A DNA stretch of 64,000 nucleotides from assembly GCA_018061035.1 (NCBI GenBank), contig JAGOUX010000003.1, positions 3,043 to 67,042 of the forward strand, read 5' to 3'. This DNA is from Minisyncoccota bacterium. GTDB taxonomy: Bacteria; Patescibacteriota; Minisyncoccia; Phycocordibacterales; UBA9973. Below, piece after piece: positions 28,922-38,475 of the stretch; the stretch's first letter is position 1, and every line of letters begins with the position of its first letter. The position numbers and the translations under genes are program-made. The notes beneath the pieces were generated by a model that ran no database searches, was not told the origin of the DNA, and saw nothing but the letters and a program-made list of their open reading frames with translations.

Positions 28922-29347
28922 ATGAATAAGAAACTACTTTTAAAACATCTAGTATCCTTGATGTTTTTTATTTTTATAGCCAATTCTTTGGCACTTAAGT
29001 TTTATTGGTATTCTTTGGTTTGGTATTTCGATATCATTATGCACACACTGGGAGGAATGTGGGTGGGAATGTTCTTTTTGTATGTATTTGAACGCAGAGG
29101 ATACAAGCCACTAACTATCGGATTATTTTTGCGAGTTATGGCATGTGTATTATTGGTAGGTTTGCTGTGGGAGATGTACGAGTTTTATATTTTTCAGCAT
29201 TTAAGTCGAAATACTTTTGATCTGACTGATACTCTCTCTGATGTAGGATTCGATTTATTAGGAGGAGCACTATCGGGATTATATTTCTTAAAAATAATTA
29301 TGCGGAAATTGAGGGATAGAGTACAATCAAGTAATGGTTCCCGTTAG
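28922..29347 (+). CDS. Hypothetical integral membrane protein (141 aa, about 4 TM helices)
   Basis: Hydrophobic segments. The stop codon is embedded in the conserved TCCCGTTAGAAGTC motif. Confidence 0.5.
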   Translation: MNKKLLLKHLVSLMFFIFIANSLALKFYWYSLVWYFDIIMHTLGGMWVGMFFLYVFERRGYKPLTIGLFLRVMACVLLVGLLWEMYEFYIFQHLSRNTFDLTDTLSDVGFDLLGGALSGLYFLKIIMRKLRDRVQSSNGSR

Positions 29348-29404
29348 AAGTCTTACGACGGGTGGTATAGTCGACACAATTAATATTATTTAATTTCGTT
29401 CGGG

Positions 29405-30769
29405 ATGGATAAACAAGCTAAAATTACATTTTATGGTGGTACGGGCTCAGTCACAGGGGCGAATTTTCTGCTCGAAGTCGCTGGTAAAAGAATTCTGATT
29501 GACTGTGGCTTAACCCAAGGGATGAAGATTGCAGATGATGTGAACTGGGATCCATTTCCTTTTAATCCCGGAGAGATCGATATTCTTTTTGTGACTCATG
29601 CTCACGTAGATCACTTGGGAAGGATACCAAAGTTAATTAAAGAAGGCTTCAGGGGCAAAATATACTCCACTATTCCCACTAAAGCCCTCGCAGGACCAAT
29701 GCTCGAGGATACTGCTGGCATTCTTTCTAAAAATACTGAATTGGGATTAGATAAGATTTACACAGAAGAGAATGAAAAGTTAGCTTTGTCATTGTGGGAA
29801 GGTTTTGATTATCATCAAGACATACCTATCTTGGATAATCTCAAAGTTAGTCTTTATAATGCCGGCCATATTTTGGGTTCGGCAATGATATTGTTTGTAT
29901 ATAATGGTAAGCGCATTTTGTTTACAGGAGATTTGGGTAATAGTCCATCTCCGATTTTACCTGACACAGATATGGTGCCCGATGTGGATTATTTAGTAAT
30001 GGAAAGTGTTTATGGTGATCGAAATCACGAATCCAGAGATAGTCGAAGAAAATATCTAGAGGAAGTGATTGAGGACAATTATAAGCGCAAGGGTACACTG
30101 ATTATTCCTACTTTCTCTCTCGAGAGATCTCAAGAGCTTCTTTTTGAATTAAACGAACTTGTAGAAGGGAAGCGTATTCCGATAATGCCGATCTTCTTGG
30201 ATTCTCCATTGGCCATACGTCTGACTGAAGTATTCAAAAAATTTAAATCATACTTTAATGAGAATGCTCAACACGCCATGTCACACGACAAGCACTTATT
30301 TGATTTTCCTGGACTGCATTCAACACTCAAAAGTGAAGAATCAAAAATGATCAAACAAGTGCCGAATCCAAAGATAGTTATAGCAGGTTCTGGAATGTCT
30401 TCAGGTGGACGCATAGTGCATCATGAGCGACATTACCTACCAGATGCAAACAATACATTGCTTTTGGCTGGATATCAGTCAGTTGGAACTCCAGGACGAT
30501 TAATCCAAGAAGGAGTTAAGACTGTGCGTATAACCGGAGAAGATGTAGTAGTGCGTGCACACGTGGTCACAATCTCTGGATATTCTGGACATAAAGATTC
30601 TGATGGCTTGCTTAATTTTGTTGAAGGAATGCAAGAGAGTCTCAAGAAGGTTTTTGTGGTTATGGGAGAGCCGAAGAGCTCAATGTTCCTCGTGCAGAAA
30701 CTTCGAGACAATCTCGCTATTGATGCTTCTGCTCCTGAGCAGGGATCGAGTGTCACACTATCTTGTTAG
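29405..30769 (+). CDS. MBL-fold beta-CASP nuclease (RNase J/CPSF-like metallo-beta-lactamase RNA/DNA-metabolising enzyme)
   Basis: HxHxDH (VTHAHVDHLG), NAGHILGS, FTGDLG, beta-CASP motif A ESVYGD and motif B YSGHKD. Confidence 0.8.
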   Translation: MDKQAKITFYGGTGSVTGANFLLEVAGKRILIDCGLTQGMKIADDVNWDPFPFNPGEIDILFVTHAHVDHLGRIPKLIKEGFRGKIYSTIPTKALAGPMLEDTAGILSKNTELGLDKIYTEENEKLALSLWEGFDYHQDIPILDNLKVSLYNAGHILGSAMILFVYNGKRILFTGDLGNSPSPILPDTDMVPDVDYLVMESVYGDRNHESRDSRRKYLEEVIEDNYKRKGTLIIPTFSLERSQELLFELNELVEGKRIPIMPIFLDSPLAIRLTEVFKKFKSYFNENAQHAMSHDKHLFDFPGLHSTLKSEESKMIKQVPNPKIVIAGSGMSSGGRIVHHERHYLPDANNTLLLAGYQSVGTPGRLIQEGVKTVRITGEDVVVRAHVVTISGYSGHKDSDGLLNFVEGMQESLKKVFVVMGEPKSSMFLVQKLRDNLAIDASAPEQGSSVTLSC

Positions 30770-30872
30770 TTTGAGGTCTATGTATCATGTGCGAAATCAT
30801 TTAGTTAAAAAATTTCTCAATGTGTTATACTTAAAATAAGTTTTGTAATGTCGTTATTAATAATATAACTTC

Positions 30873-30890
30873 GGAAATCTCAAGATTTCC
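30873..30890 (+). promoter_or_regulatory. Second copy of the 18-bp palindrome GGAAATCTcaAGATTTCC, 13 nt upstream of the ATG
   Basis: Same 8-bp inverted repeat arms and the same spacing to the start codon as at 24769-24786. Confidence 0.5.
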
Positions 30891-30903
30891 TATTTCGTAC
30901 GGG

Positions 30904-31530
30904 ATGGATTCAACAATAAATTTTCCACCAAAGCATGGACACAGCCAAATAAAAATTTGCGTATCAGGTGCCGCGGAGACCGGACACTGTGGTGTAGATG
31001 CTCTCGAAAAAGCCAAAGAGCTCGGACGAGAAATCGCTCGCCAGGGAGCAGTGCTGGTAACTGGCGCCACTACAGGTTTTCCATTGTGGGCTGCGATGGG
31101 AGCAAAAGAGGCTGGTGGTATTTCTATCGGCTTATCTCCCGCGTCTTCTGAAAGAGAGCATGTCGAGGTCTACAAATTGCCAATCGACTATATGGATCTC
31201 ATCATCTATACAGGGTTTGGTTATCCTGGACGAGATCTCTTACTCACACGATCTTCTGATGCCGTTATCTGTGGTTGTGGACGCGTAGGAACGATACACG
31301 AGTTCACTATCGCTTTCGAGGACGGTAAACCCATAGGTATCTATGAAGGACCTTGGGAGATGGGAGGAGAACTCAAAGACATACTCGAAAAGGGACACCG
31401 CCCTAATACAAAAATAGCTATGGGTACGGATCCAAAGAAAATGATCGAAGATATCATAGCTCTAGTGAAACAGGATAAAATAGATGAATATAAAATAAAG
31501 CGAACTAATGAAGGAGATCTAATACGATAA
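30904..31530 (+). CDS. LOG/TIGR00725-family (SLOG superfamily) Rossmann-fold nucleotide-binding protein
   Basis: ICVSGAAE...VLVTGATTGFPLWAAMGAKEAGG...CGCGRVGTIHEF fits the LOG-like PGGxGTxxE pattern. Confidence 0.6.
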   Translation: MDSTINFPPKHGHSQIKICVSGAAETGHCGVDALEKAKELGREIARQGAVLVTGATTGFPLWAAMGAKEAGGISIGLSPASSEREHVEVYKLPIDYMDLIIYTGFGYPGRDLLLTRSSDAVICGCGRVGTIHEFTIAFEDGKPIGIYEGPWEMGGELKDILEKGHRPNTKIAMGTDPKKMIEDIIALVKQDKIDEYKIKRTNEGDLIR

Positions 31531-31532
31531 AT

Positions 31533-31568
31533 AAAAAATCCCTCATTCTACTGGATGAGGGATTTTTT
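31533..31568. terminator. Bidirectional terminator between convergent LOG-like and rplT genes
   Basis: A6, 9-bp stem ATCCCTCAT/ATGAGGGAT, then T6. Confidence 0.7.
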
Positions 31569-31577
31569 ATTTATAAA

Positions 31578-31922
31578 TTATTTTATTGCATTCATTACTC
31601 GAGCGAATGTTTCAGGGTGGTTTTGCGCGAAGTCAGAGAGTATTTTGCGATCCAATTCGATATTCTTCTTCTTGAGGGCTCCGATCATCTTAGAATATGA
31701 CATACCGAGTTCTCGTGCTCCAGCATTGATCTTGATATTCCAAAGCTTTCGAATGTGAGATTTCTTGTCCTTTCGGTGAGCAAAAGAGTATGATCCAGCG
31801 TGCAGGAGAGCATCCTTTGCTTGTCGTTCTTTGCTACCTCGTCCATGGCGAAAACCTTTAGTCTGCTTTAGGACACTTCTTCTTCTTTTTAACGCGTGTA
31901 CTCCCTTTTTTACTCTTGTCAT
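31578..31922 (-). CDS. rplT: 50S ribosomal protein L20
   Basis: 114 aa, L20 (MTRVKKGVHALKRRRSVLKQTKGFRHGRG). Confidence 0.93.
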   Translation of the reverse strand: MTRVKKGVHALKRRRSVLKQTKGFRHGRGSKERQAKDALLHAGSYSFAHRKDKKSHIRKLWNIKINAGARELGMSYSKMIGALKKKNIELDRKILSDFAQNHPETFARVMNAIK

Positions 31923-31951
31923 GGTGTTTTAATTACTGAAACTGATAAATA

Positions 31952-32140
31952 TTAACTGAAAGGCAGAAGGTGACTCTTCGGCTTGTTCTTGATAACGAAA
32001 GTATTTCCTTTTCGGCCAGCTAGCTGGGTTGATCTGGATTGCTTAGCATTGAAATGGTTGAAACCAGGCTTACGAGAAAGTATCTTGCCGTTTTTGGTAA
32101 GCTTTAGTCTCTTTGAAAATGATTTGTTTGTTTTCATCAT
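31952..32140 (-). CDS. rpmI: 50S ribosomal protein L35
   Basis: 62-aa basic protein lying between infC and rplT. Confidence 0.8.
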   Translation of the reverse strand: MMKTNKSFSKRLKLTKNGKILSRKPGFNHFNAKQSRSTQLAGRKGNTFVIKNKPKSHLLPFS

Positions 32141-32153
32141 AAAATTTATTGTG

Positions 32154-32678
32154 TTATTTTTTTTCTATCGTTGTAGTCAGACCCTTTGGGCCTTTCTTGT
32201 AGGCATCGGATATCTTGTAGTCTTCAGTGATCAGGTGTAGTACTCGGTCGAGTCGTTCTCGTAAGAATTTCTCGTCCATATACTTTGCTCGGCCCGCGAG
32301 GAAGAGTTCTACTTTGACTCTATGTCCTTCCTTGATCCATTTTGAAGCAGTTTTTGCTTTCAATTCAAGGTCGTGGTCTCCGGTACCTATTTTGATTTGA
32401 ATACCTTTAGTTTCAGTTCGATTGGCTCCGGCTTTAGCTTTTTTGAGCTTCTTCGATGCCTCGTACTGATACTTTCCGAAATCCATTATCTTCCCGATTG
32501 GGGGATTTGCATTGGGTGATATCTCAATCAAGTCCATGCCTTTTGCTTGGGCAAGTTCTAAAGCATCTCTAATGCTTAAAACACCGAGATTTTGGTTCTC
32601 CTGGTCTAGTACCCGAAGTTCCTTGGCCCGTATTTGATTGTTTATTCTTTCACGCAATGTATAAAATAATGCTTCCAA
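32154..32678 (-). CDS. infC: Translation initiation factor IF-3
   Basis: IF3 N- and C-terminal domains (ELRVLDQENQNLGVLSIRDALELAQAKGMDLIEISPNANPP). Confidence 0.92.
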   Translation of the reverse strand: MEALFYTLRERINNQIRAKELRVLDQENQNLGVLSIRDALELAQAKGMDLIEISPNANPPIGKIMDFGKYQYEASKKLKKAKAGANRTETKGIQIKIGTGDHDLELKAKTASKWIKEGHRVKVELFLAGRAKYMDEKFLRERLDRVLHLITEDYKISDAYKKGPKGLTTTIEKK

Positions 32679-32720
32679 GGGGGTCTTTAGACCTCCTTTT
32701 GACTAGATAGATAATAGCTT

Positions 32721-32741
32721 ATTTGACGTATTAAGTCAAAT
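32721..32741. promoter_or_regulatory. 7-bp perfect inverted repeat ATTTGAC-N7-GTCAAAT in the infC/sigma-factor divergent intergenic region; putative operator overlapping a TTGACG -35
   Basis: Read directly in the sequence. Confidence 0.35.
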
Positions 32742-32771
32742 ACTGTTATTTATATAGATAAAAGGTATAAT

Positions 32772-33335
32772 GTGACCATGAAACTCGAGGTTAGCCCGTT
32801 AGGGCACAAATCAGAAAACCCTCTTATTAAGGAAGTTGTGGCGCTTCGTCCATTTGTTAGGGATTTTTGCGGATCTTTGTTGAAGGGTAGAAGCAATATA
32901 GCAAACCTACAGGAAGATATGGCGCAAGAAACATTGATAAGGGCAATTGCTAAAATTGATACTTTTAAAGGTCAGTCAAAATTATCAACTTGGCTGTGCT
33001 CTATCGCAAGGAATGTAATAATAAGTGATTTACGCATCAAGCCACGTCATAATCTTGTTGCTGTGGATGATTTGTTATCAAACAAAGACGGAGAGAGCGT
33101 TAAAATTGAAGGTCTTCACGAGCCAGCAACCAATATCGAAGATAACCTTATCCTCGGACTTGATTTAAAGAACGAAATAAATAATCTTCCTGAAGATGTC
33201 CGAAAGATTGTGCCTATGTTGATAGAAGGATATTCCCACGAAGAAATTGCTAAAAAAGTTGGTATTGGTGTCGAGGCGTTGAAATCTAGGCTGTACAGGT
33301 TTAGGTTGGAGGTAAAAAATAAACATAAAATCTAA
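32772..33335 (+). CDS. RNA polymerase sigma-70 family sigma factor (ECF-like, regions 2 and 4)
   Basis: QETLIRAIAKIDTFKGQSKLSTWLCSIARN is region 2; the C-terminal HTH is region 4. The track starts at a GTG at 32772. The ATG at 32778 lies about 7 nt after a TATAAT at 32765-32770, so the mRNA may be leaderless. Confidence 0.75.
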   Translation: MTMKLEVSPLGHKSENPLIKEVVALRPFVRDFCGSLLKGRSNIANLQEDMAQETLIRAIAKIDTFKGQSKLSTWLCSIARNVIISDLRIKPRHNLVAVDDLLSNKDGESVKIEGLHEPATNIEDNLILGLDLKNEINNLPEDVRKIVPMLIEGYSHEEIAKKVGIGVEALKSRLYRFRLEVKNKHKI

Positions 33336-33336
33336 C

Positions 33337-33792
33337 ATGGCAAATTATGCAGAAAACAGAAAAGCTCGTTTCGACTACGAGATCATGGAGAAATACGAAA
33401 CCGGTATTGAGCTTTTGGGTACCGAGGTGAAGTCTGTGAGAGGGGGACGCATGTCCCTAGATGGCTCGTTCGTAATCGTTCGCGGTGGGGAAGCATTCCT
33501 AATTAATTCCAATATTCCGCCGTACCAGATAAAAAATTCTGCGAAAGACTATGATCCGCTCCGAAACCGTAAACTTCTCCTAACAAAAAAGGAATTAGAA
33601 GAATTGGCTGGAAATGAGAAAAACAAGAGTTTGACAATAGTGCCAATGTCAGTGTATAATAAAAATAGAAAAATCAAGTTAGAAATTGCTTTAGTGAAAG
33701 GAAAGAAGACTCGCGACAAACGCCAGAGCATAGAGAAACGCGAAACCGATCGAGAGATCAGACGTGCTGTAAAAGAAAGCAAAGATCGTTGA
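33337..33792 (+). CDS. smpB: SsrA-binding protein SmpB
   Basis: 151 aa (ENRKARFDYEI...GTEVKS). Confidence 0.93.
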   Translation: MANYAENRKARFDYEIMEKYETGIELLGTEVKSVRGGRMSLDGSFVIVRGGEAFLINSNIPPYQIKNSAKDYDPLRNRKLLLTKKELEELAGNEKNKSLTIVPMSVYNKNRKIKLEIALVKGKKTRDKRQSIEKRETDREIRRAVKESKDR

Positions 33793-33806
33793 AAATAGAA
33801 ACACAT

Positions 33807-34196
33807 GGGGATGCAAGGCATAGACAGTTGGCCTTTTGCTCTTGATGCATGCCGAGTATGGACGTGATCTCGTTAACTTTCGTTCACATGTTAATTGCAA
33901 AATTGACTTCAAGCAATACAGAATCTCCATACTTCGGTATGAAAGATTTCGCATTCGCTCCAGCTTTCGCTTAACGCGTGCTGGTGTCCTGCTCATAGAC
34001 TTCCGATATATGAGTCAGGGCATAATATTATCGGGATAAGGGAATACCCGTTCGAGTATTTCACCAAAATTTAGAACTCGGCTGAAAGATATTTGGCTCG
34101 CTTAAGAATCTTTTAGCTCAAACAAAAAAGCGCGCTACGCATGTAGACTTCCTGGCATTAACCTTCTGCACCGGGGTTCGATTCCCCGCATCTCCA
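33807..34196 (+). ncRNA. ssrA: tmRNA (transfer-messenger RNA)
   Basis: The 5' GGGGAUG pairs with the 3' CAUCUCC-A acceptor. Canonical T-arm CCGGGGTTCGATTCCCCG. Internal tag reading frame ends ...GMKDFAFAPAFA-TAA. Located immediately downstream of smpB. CCA is not encoded. Confidence 0.85.
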
Positions 34197-34595
34197 CTCG
34201 ACTCGTTTTGTTTATACAAAACTTCGCTCGTGGCAAGCCACAGCAAAAACAGGATACGATATTTCGTGTTCTGTTTTGAGGCGAGTGCCCTGAGCATAGT
34301 CGAAGGGCATATTTATAGTGAGCAAGGTCGAACCATATGCTAAAATTAGGAGTATGTCTTTCGTCTATATGATGAAGAACACAATTCTTTAGCAGAAGCC
34401 AGAAAAAGAGAAATCCAAATTAAAAAATGGCGGAGAGACAAAAAGGAAAGACTAATAGATTTATTTATAAAAAAATTACCCACAAAGTCACCCTAGGCGA
34501 CGGCGAGAAAATTATTTATGACCAATTCTCTCCACCTAAAAATAAGGAATTCACTGGCTGTATTCCTGACTATTATATGATATATTTCTTGTATT

Positions 34596-35648
34596 ATGAC
34601 ACGAGAAGGAGGGCCACAATCTATTAAACACGAATCCTTTAAGTCAGATGAAATCTACTATTTCAATACTCATAGGCCTTTAGATTTGGTTAAAAATTTG
34701 GAAAATAGGTACACAGATTTTCCATTGGAGAAAGTAAAAGATATTTTCCAACAAACCTTAGGCTTAGAAATAAAAAATATCAAACCTGATACCAACTTTG
34801 GCACAGGGCACGTGATATTTTTTGCTGAAACTGAAAAAGGAAGATATGTTTTTCGAGCAAATTATGGGGTAGCAAGTCCTGAACACTACATGTCTCTGGA
34901 AGGCAAATTTAACCTTGAATATCAAAAAGCAGACATACCTGTTGGCGTAATCCTGCACTCCGATTCTACTAGAAGTAAATATAATTTTGACTATCAGATA
35001 CTTGAACCTTTGCCGGGTAAAGATCTGGAAACTGAATGGGCGGGCACAGAAAAGGATTACGAAAATTTATGTATAGAGCTTGGAAGGTTGGTGGCGCGAC
35101 AATATAAAGCCCCCGTGAGCGGGTTCGGTAGATTTATGAATTTAGATGTACTACAAGGCAGTTATAAAACTACACATGAATACTTGACTGCCTACTTAGA
35201 TTTTGATTTGGCAACTTTGCTTGAATATAAAATAATTGACGAAGGAGTGAGGAGTAAAATTCAGGCTGTTTTTATGGATAATAAACCTATCTTTGATAAA
35301 GATACGCAAGGATATCTAGTACATCACGACTTGGCTGATCATAATTTGCGTTATGAAGGGGATAAGATAATGGCTGTATTTGATTGGGAGAATGCTGTAG
35401 CTTTTGACCCAATAAGCGAGCTTGGTAGTGCTCACACTTGGCTGAGCCACTACGACTTCAAGAGGAAGAAAATGCTGGAAGGTTTTACTGCAGAGCTTGG
35501 GCATGAACCAGAAAATCTACATAAAAAAATATCAATTTATTTTTTGCGAACTATGTTGTGGAAAGTGTGTTTTGCTTTAAGGAGAGGAAAATTTACGGAA
35601 AGACATAAAAATCTTCTTGAGCAGTCCTTGAAAGAGAATGGACTGTAA
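34596..35648 (+). CDS. Phosphotransferase of the APH/protein-kinase-like fold (aminoglycoside/choline kinase family)
   Basis: Catalytic-loop motif HHDLADHNL and DWE metal-binding motif. Start codon uncertain. Confidence 0.6.
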   Translation: MTREGGPQSIKHESFKSDEIYYFNTHRPLDLVKNLENRYTDFPLEKVKDIFQQTLGLEIKNIKPDTNFGTGHVIFFAETEKGRYVFRANYGVASPEHYMSLEGKFNLEYQKADIPVGVILHSDSTRSKYNFDYQILEPLPGKDLETEWAGTEKDYENLCIELGRLVARQYKAPVSGFGRFMNLDVLQGSYKTTHEYLTAYLDFDLATLLEYKIIDEGVRSKIQAVFMDNKPIFDKDTQGYLVHHDLADHNLRYEGDKIMAVFDWENAVAFDPISELGSAHTWLSHYDFKRKKMLEGFTAELGHEPENLHKKISIYFLRTMLWKVCFALRRGKFTERHKNLLEQSLKENGL

Positions 35649-35755
35649 AAGCTTTTTTCCTTGGGGCTTTTGTTTTATGCATATAGGTATGCATCACGCC
35701 TTATACGTGATCATCCCAAACTTTCGTAAAAATATTTTAGTAGTATACTTACCCC

Positions 35756-36376
35756 ATGTCTAATGAAAACCCCTTTGATGGAAAACCTAATACCGGCAAG
35801 GCTCGCCCTGATCAGGTGGAAATAGATTTAATAAAAAAAATAGATCAAGAGAAGGCTGCAATAGATTTATTAAATTTAAATAGATCCAAGCTAGAAAAAT
35901 CTTTACACCCAGATGAAATAAGAAAAATTTTAGTTTCCGCTCGGGGACTCTTTAATCATTTTATATATTCCAAATTAGGGCAGGGAAAGAAGCAGGTTTT
36001 TTCTATTACTTTTGGGAATATGGTTGTTACTTTAGGATTATCAAGATTGCCCATTACCTATGCTTTAAAAAAAATGGATGAAATTGTTTTGGCTACTCCT
36101 GGTTTAGTAAAAACAGAAACAGGTTATGAAGTTTTAGATCCTGAATTGTTATATCAAAATTTCGGACCAGGTTCATCAGAGAAGAAAATTTTAGATATTC
36201 TGGCGGCTCGCCCTGATAAGGAATTTGGTTATTTAGAGCTCGCATCATCACTTAATGTAACTACAGCAAGTATTCAGGGTATTGTTGGAAGGATGGAGCG
36301 AGAAGGCAAAGTTCTTGTTAGGAGAGAGAGGAATGGAGGCGTTCCTGTTAAAATAATAATTGCTCCTCAAAAATAA
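35756..36376 (+). CDS. Hypothetical protein with a C-terminal winged-helix-like DNA-binding region
   Basis: 206-aa ORF. The C-terminal segment ILDILAARPDKEFGYLELASSLNVTTASIQGIVGRMEREGKV resembles a MarR/wHTH fold. Confidence 0.4.
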   Translation: MSNENPFDGKPNTGKARPDQVEIDLIKKIDQEKAAIDLLNLNRSKLEKSLHPDEIRKILVSARGLFNHFIYSKLGQGKKQVFSITFGNMVVTLGLSRLPITYALKKMDEIVLATPGLVKTETGYEVLDPELLYQNFGPGSSEKKILDILAARPDKEFGYLELASSLNVTTASIQGIVGRMEREGKVLVRRERNGGVPVKIIIAPQK

Positions 36377-36415
36377 CCTCTTAACTTTTAGGGCTTTTTG
36401 TGCTACTATATATGG

Positions 36416-38335
36416 ATGGATTTTAATTTTCTGAATAAAAAAGAGGGAGGCAATAAGAAAAAAGTACCCCAAACAACCATTTCAGGTAACGCTGCAGGAG
36501 CGGTTGTGGTTTTTATGCTTATTACCGCTCTATATTTGGTAGTCTCTGGAGACAGCAAAATAGTACCAGAAGTTCCAATCTCAGAGCTTGCCCAAAGTGT
36601 TTCAAAAGGAGAAGTAAAGAATATATTGGTAGAAGGTGATACCCTTACTATTACATATCAAGACGATATGGTGAAGACCTCGAAGAAAGAAGTCGGCTCT
36701 GCTTTGTCGCAGACACTTTTCAACTACGGAGTGAGTTCTGAATCACTTGCAAAAACTGGAATTGAAATAAAAAACGAAACAGGTTTCATGTATTGGTTGG
36801 TGAATATTTTGCCATTTCTGCTCCCAATAGTATTCATACTTATTTTTTTCTGGTATTTATCACGACAAGTAAAAGGCGCTGGAGTACAAGCGATGACTTT
36901 TGGTCAGTCCAAGGCGCGTATTACAGATCCAAATGATAAGAATAATAGAGTTACTTTTAAAGATGTCGCTGGAGCAAAAGAAGCTAAAGAGGAGCTAAAA
37001 GAAATTGTAGATTTTCTAAAGAGCCCGAAAAAATTTCTAGATATTGGTGCGCGTATTCCAAAAGGAGTGATGCTAAACGGAGCACCGGGAACAGGTAAAA
37101 CATTGCTTGCTCGTGCAGTGGCAGGAGAGGCGGGTGTACCTTTCTTTCATCTGTCAGGCTCTGAGTTCGTAGAAATGTTTGTGGGTGTCGGTGCATCTCG
37201 AGTGAGAGACTTATTTAAAATGGCGAAGCGTGCTGCTCCTGCAATTATTTTCGTAGACGAAATTGATGCTATTGGCCGTACTCGTGGAGGGGGATTTGGC
37301 GGTGGTAATGATGAACGAGAGCAAACATTAAACCAGATACTTGTAGAGATGGACGGCTTTGAGCCGAATGATAAAGTTATCGTTATGGCAGCAACCAACA
37401 GACCCGATGTGCTCGATCCAGCCCTAGTGCGCCCTGGACGCTTTGATCGTAAGGTAATGCTAGATCTACCTGATCGTGCTGATCGCGAAGAAATACTCAA
37501 GATACATGCACTCAAGAAGCCACTTGCCGAAGATATAAATCTGACATTGATTGCTGAACGTACACCGGGATTTTCTGGCGCTGATCTATATTCGCTCATG
37601 AATGAAGGTGCAATATTGGCTGCTCGCGAAAACCGCAAAAAGGTTTTTCAGTTTGACCTTATTCGAGCGATCGAGAAGGTTATGCTTGGACCCGAGAGAA
37701 AAAGCCATTTGCTTTCTAAGAAGGAAAAAGAAATCACTGCATATCATGAAGCTGGTCATGCTATCGTTGCTTCTGTATTGCCTCATGCAGACCCTGTGCA
37801 CAAAGTATCTATCATCGCTCGAGGTAATGCAGGCGGGTACACTCTAAAGTTGCCATTAGAAGAACGCAAACTTCAATCTAAGAAGGAATTCATCGATGAT
37901 ATTGCTATGTCTCTCGGTGGCTATGTCGCAGAACAGATGGTTTTTGGAGACATCACTACTGGTCCATCAAGTGATTTGCAGGTCGCTACCAACCTAGCTC
38001 GCGCAATGGTCACTCGATGGGGAATGTCTGATTTGATTGGCCCTATAGCCCTCAAAGACGCTGGTGGTAGAACTATGTATGGAGAAGGAGCCGACAAAAA
38101 TTATTCTGAGGCGGTTTCAACAAAAGTAGATGCTGAGGTTTCTCGAATTATAAACGATGGACTAAAGAGTGCAGAGAAAGTGTTAACCGAATATAACAAA
38201 GCATTTACCGCTATCGCCAAGAAATTAATCGAAGTGGAAACCATGGAGCAAGAAGAATATGAGAAGATTCTTACAGCCCACGGTATTGTACTAAAGAAAA
38301 AGGAAGATCCAGCAAAATTGGAAGTAATAGGATAA
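36416..38335 (+). CDS. ftsH: ATP-dependent zinc metalloprotease FtsH
   Basis: AAA Walker [27 protein letters not shown] region, HEAGHAIV zinc motif. I chose the ATG at 36416. Confidence 0.95.
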   Translation: MDFNFLNKKEGGNKKKVPQTTISGNAAGAVVVFMLITALYLVVSGDSKIVPEVPISELAQSVSKGEVKNILVEGDTLTITYQDDMVKTSKKEVGSALSQTLFNYGVSSESLAKTGIEIKNETGFMYWLVNILPFLLPIVFILIFFWYLSRQVKGAGVQAMTFGQSKARITDPNDKNNRVTFKDVAGAKEAKEELKEIVDFLKSPKKFLDIGARIPKGVMLNGAPGTGKTLLARAVAGEAGVPFFHLSGSEFVEMFVGVGASRVRDLFKMAKRAAPAIIFVDEIDAIGRTRGGGFGGGNDEREQTLNQILVEMDGFEPNDKVIVMAATNRPDVLDPALVRPGRFDRKVMLDLPDRADREEILKIHALKKPLAEDINLTLIAERTPGFSGADLYSLMNEGAILAARENRKKVFQFDLIRAIEKVMLGPERKSHLLSKKEKEITAYHEAGHAIVASVLPHADPVHKVSIIARGNAGGYTLKLPLEERKLQSKKEFIDDIAMSLGGYVAEQMVFGDITTGPSSDLQVATNLARAMVTRWGMSDLIGPIALKDAGGRTMYGEGADKNYSEAVSTKVDAEVSRIINDGLKSAEKVLTEYNKAFTAIAKKLIEVETMEQEEYEKILTAHGIVLKKKEDPAKLEVIG

Positions 38336-38372
38336 CCTTTGCACAAAAGCACATTTTTTTGTAGTATTTGGA

Positions 38373-38437
38373 TATGATATGTTTAGTTTGTAACCATATA
38401 AACATCCTTAGCTGTTTTGGTTAGTTAAGCTAGAGGT
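38373..38437 (+). repeat. Partial duplication of the tRNA upstream region plus a degenerate tRNA 5' fragment
   Basis: 38373-38401 is identical to 38446-38474. The following ~35 nt resemble the tRNA acceptor/D-arm (TCCTTAGCT...TTGGTTAG) but are degenerate. Confidence 0.6.
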
Positions 38438-38475
38438 TATTGTTGTATGATATGTTTAGTTTGTAACCATATAAT

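Noticed and set aside
33549-34039. ORFs 33549-33821(-), 33691-33996(-) and 33836-34039(+) as coding genes
   Set aside because: They overlap the smpB 3' end and the tmRNA, which is identified by its acceptor and T-arm structure.
34427-34627. 66-aa ORF downstream of the tmRNA as a gene
   Set aside because: No motif, and it overlaps the start region of the 34596 phosphotransferase ORF. Not supportable from sequence alone.
34200-36400. Genomic island integrated at the tmRNA 3' end (APH-like kinase and wHTH protein as cargo)
   Set aside because: I found no direct repeat of the tmRNA 3' end downstream and no integrase. Composition is not obviously different from the flanks.
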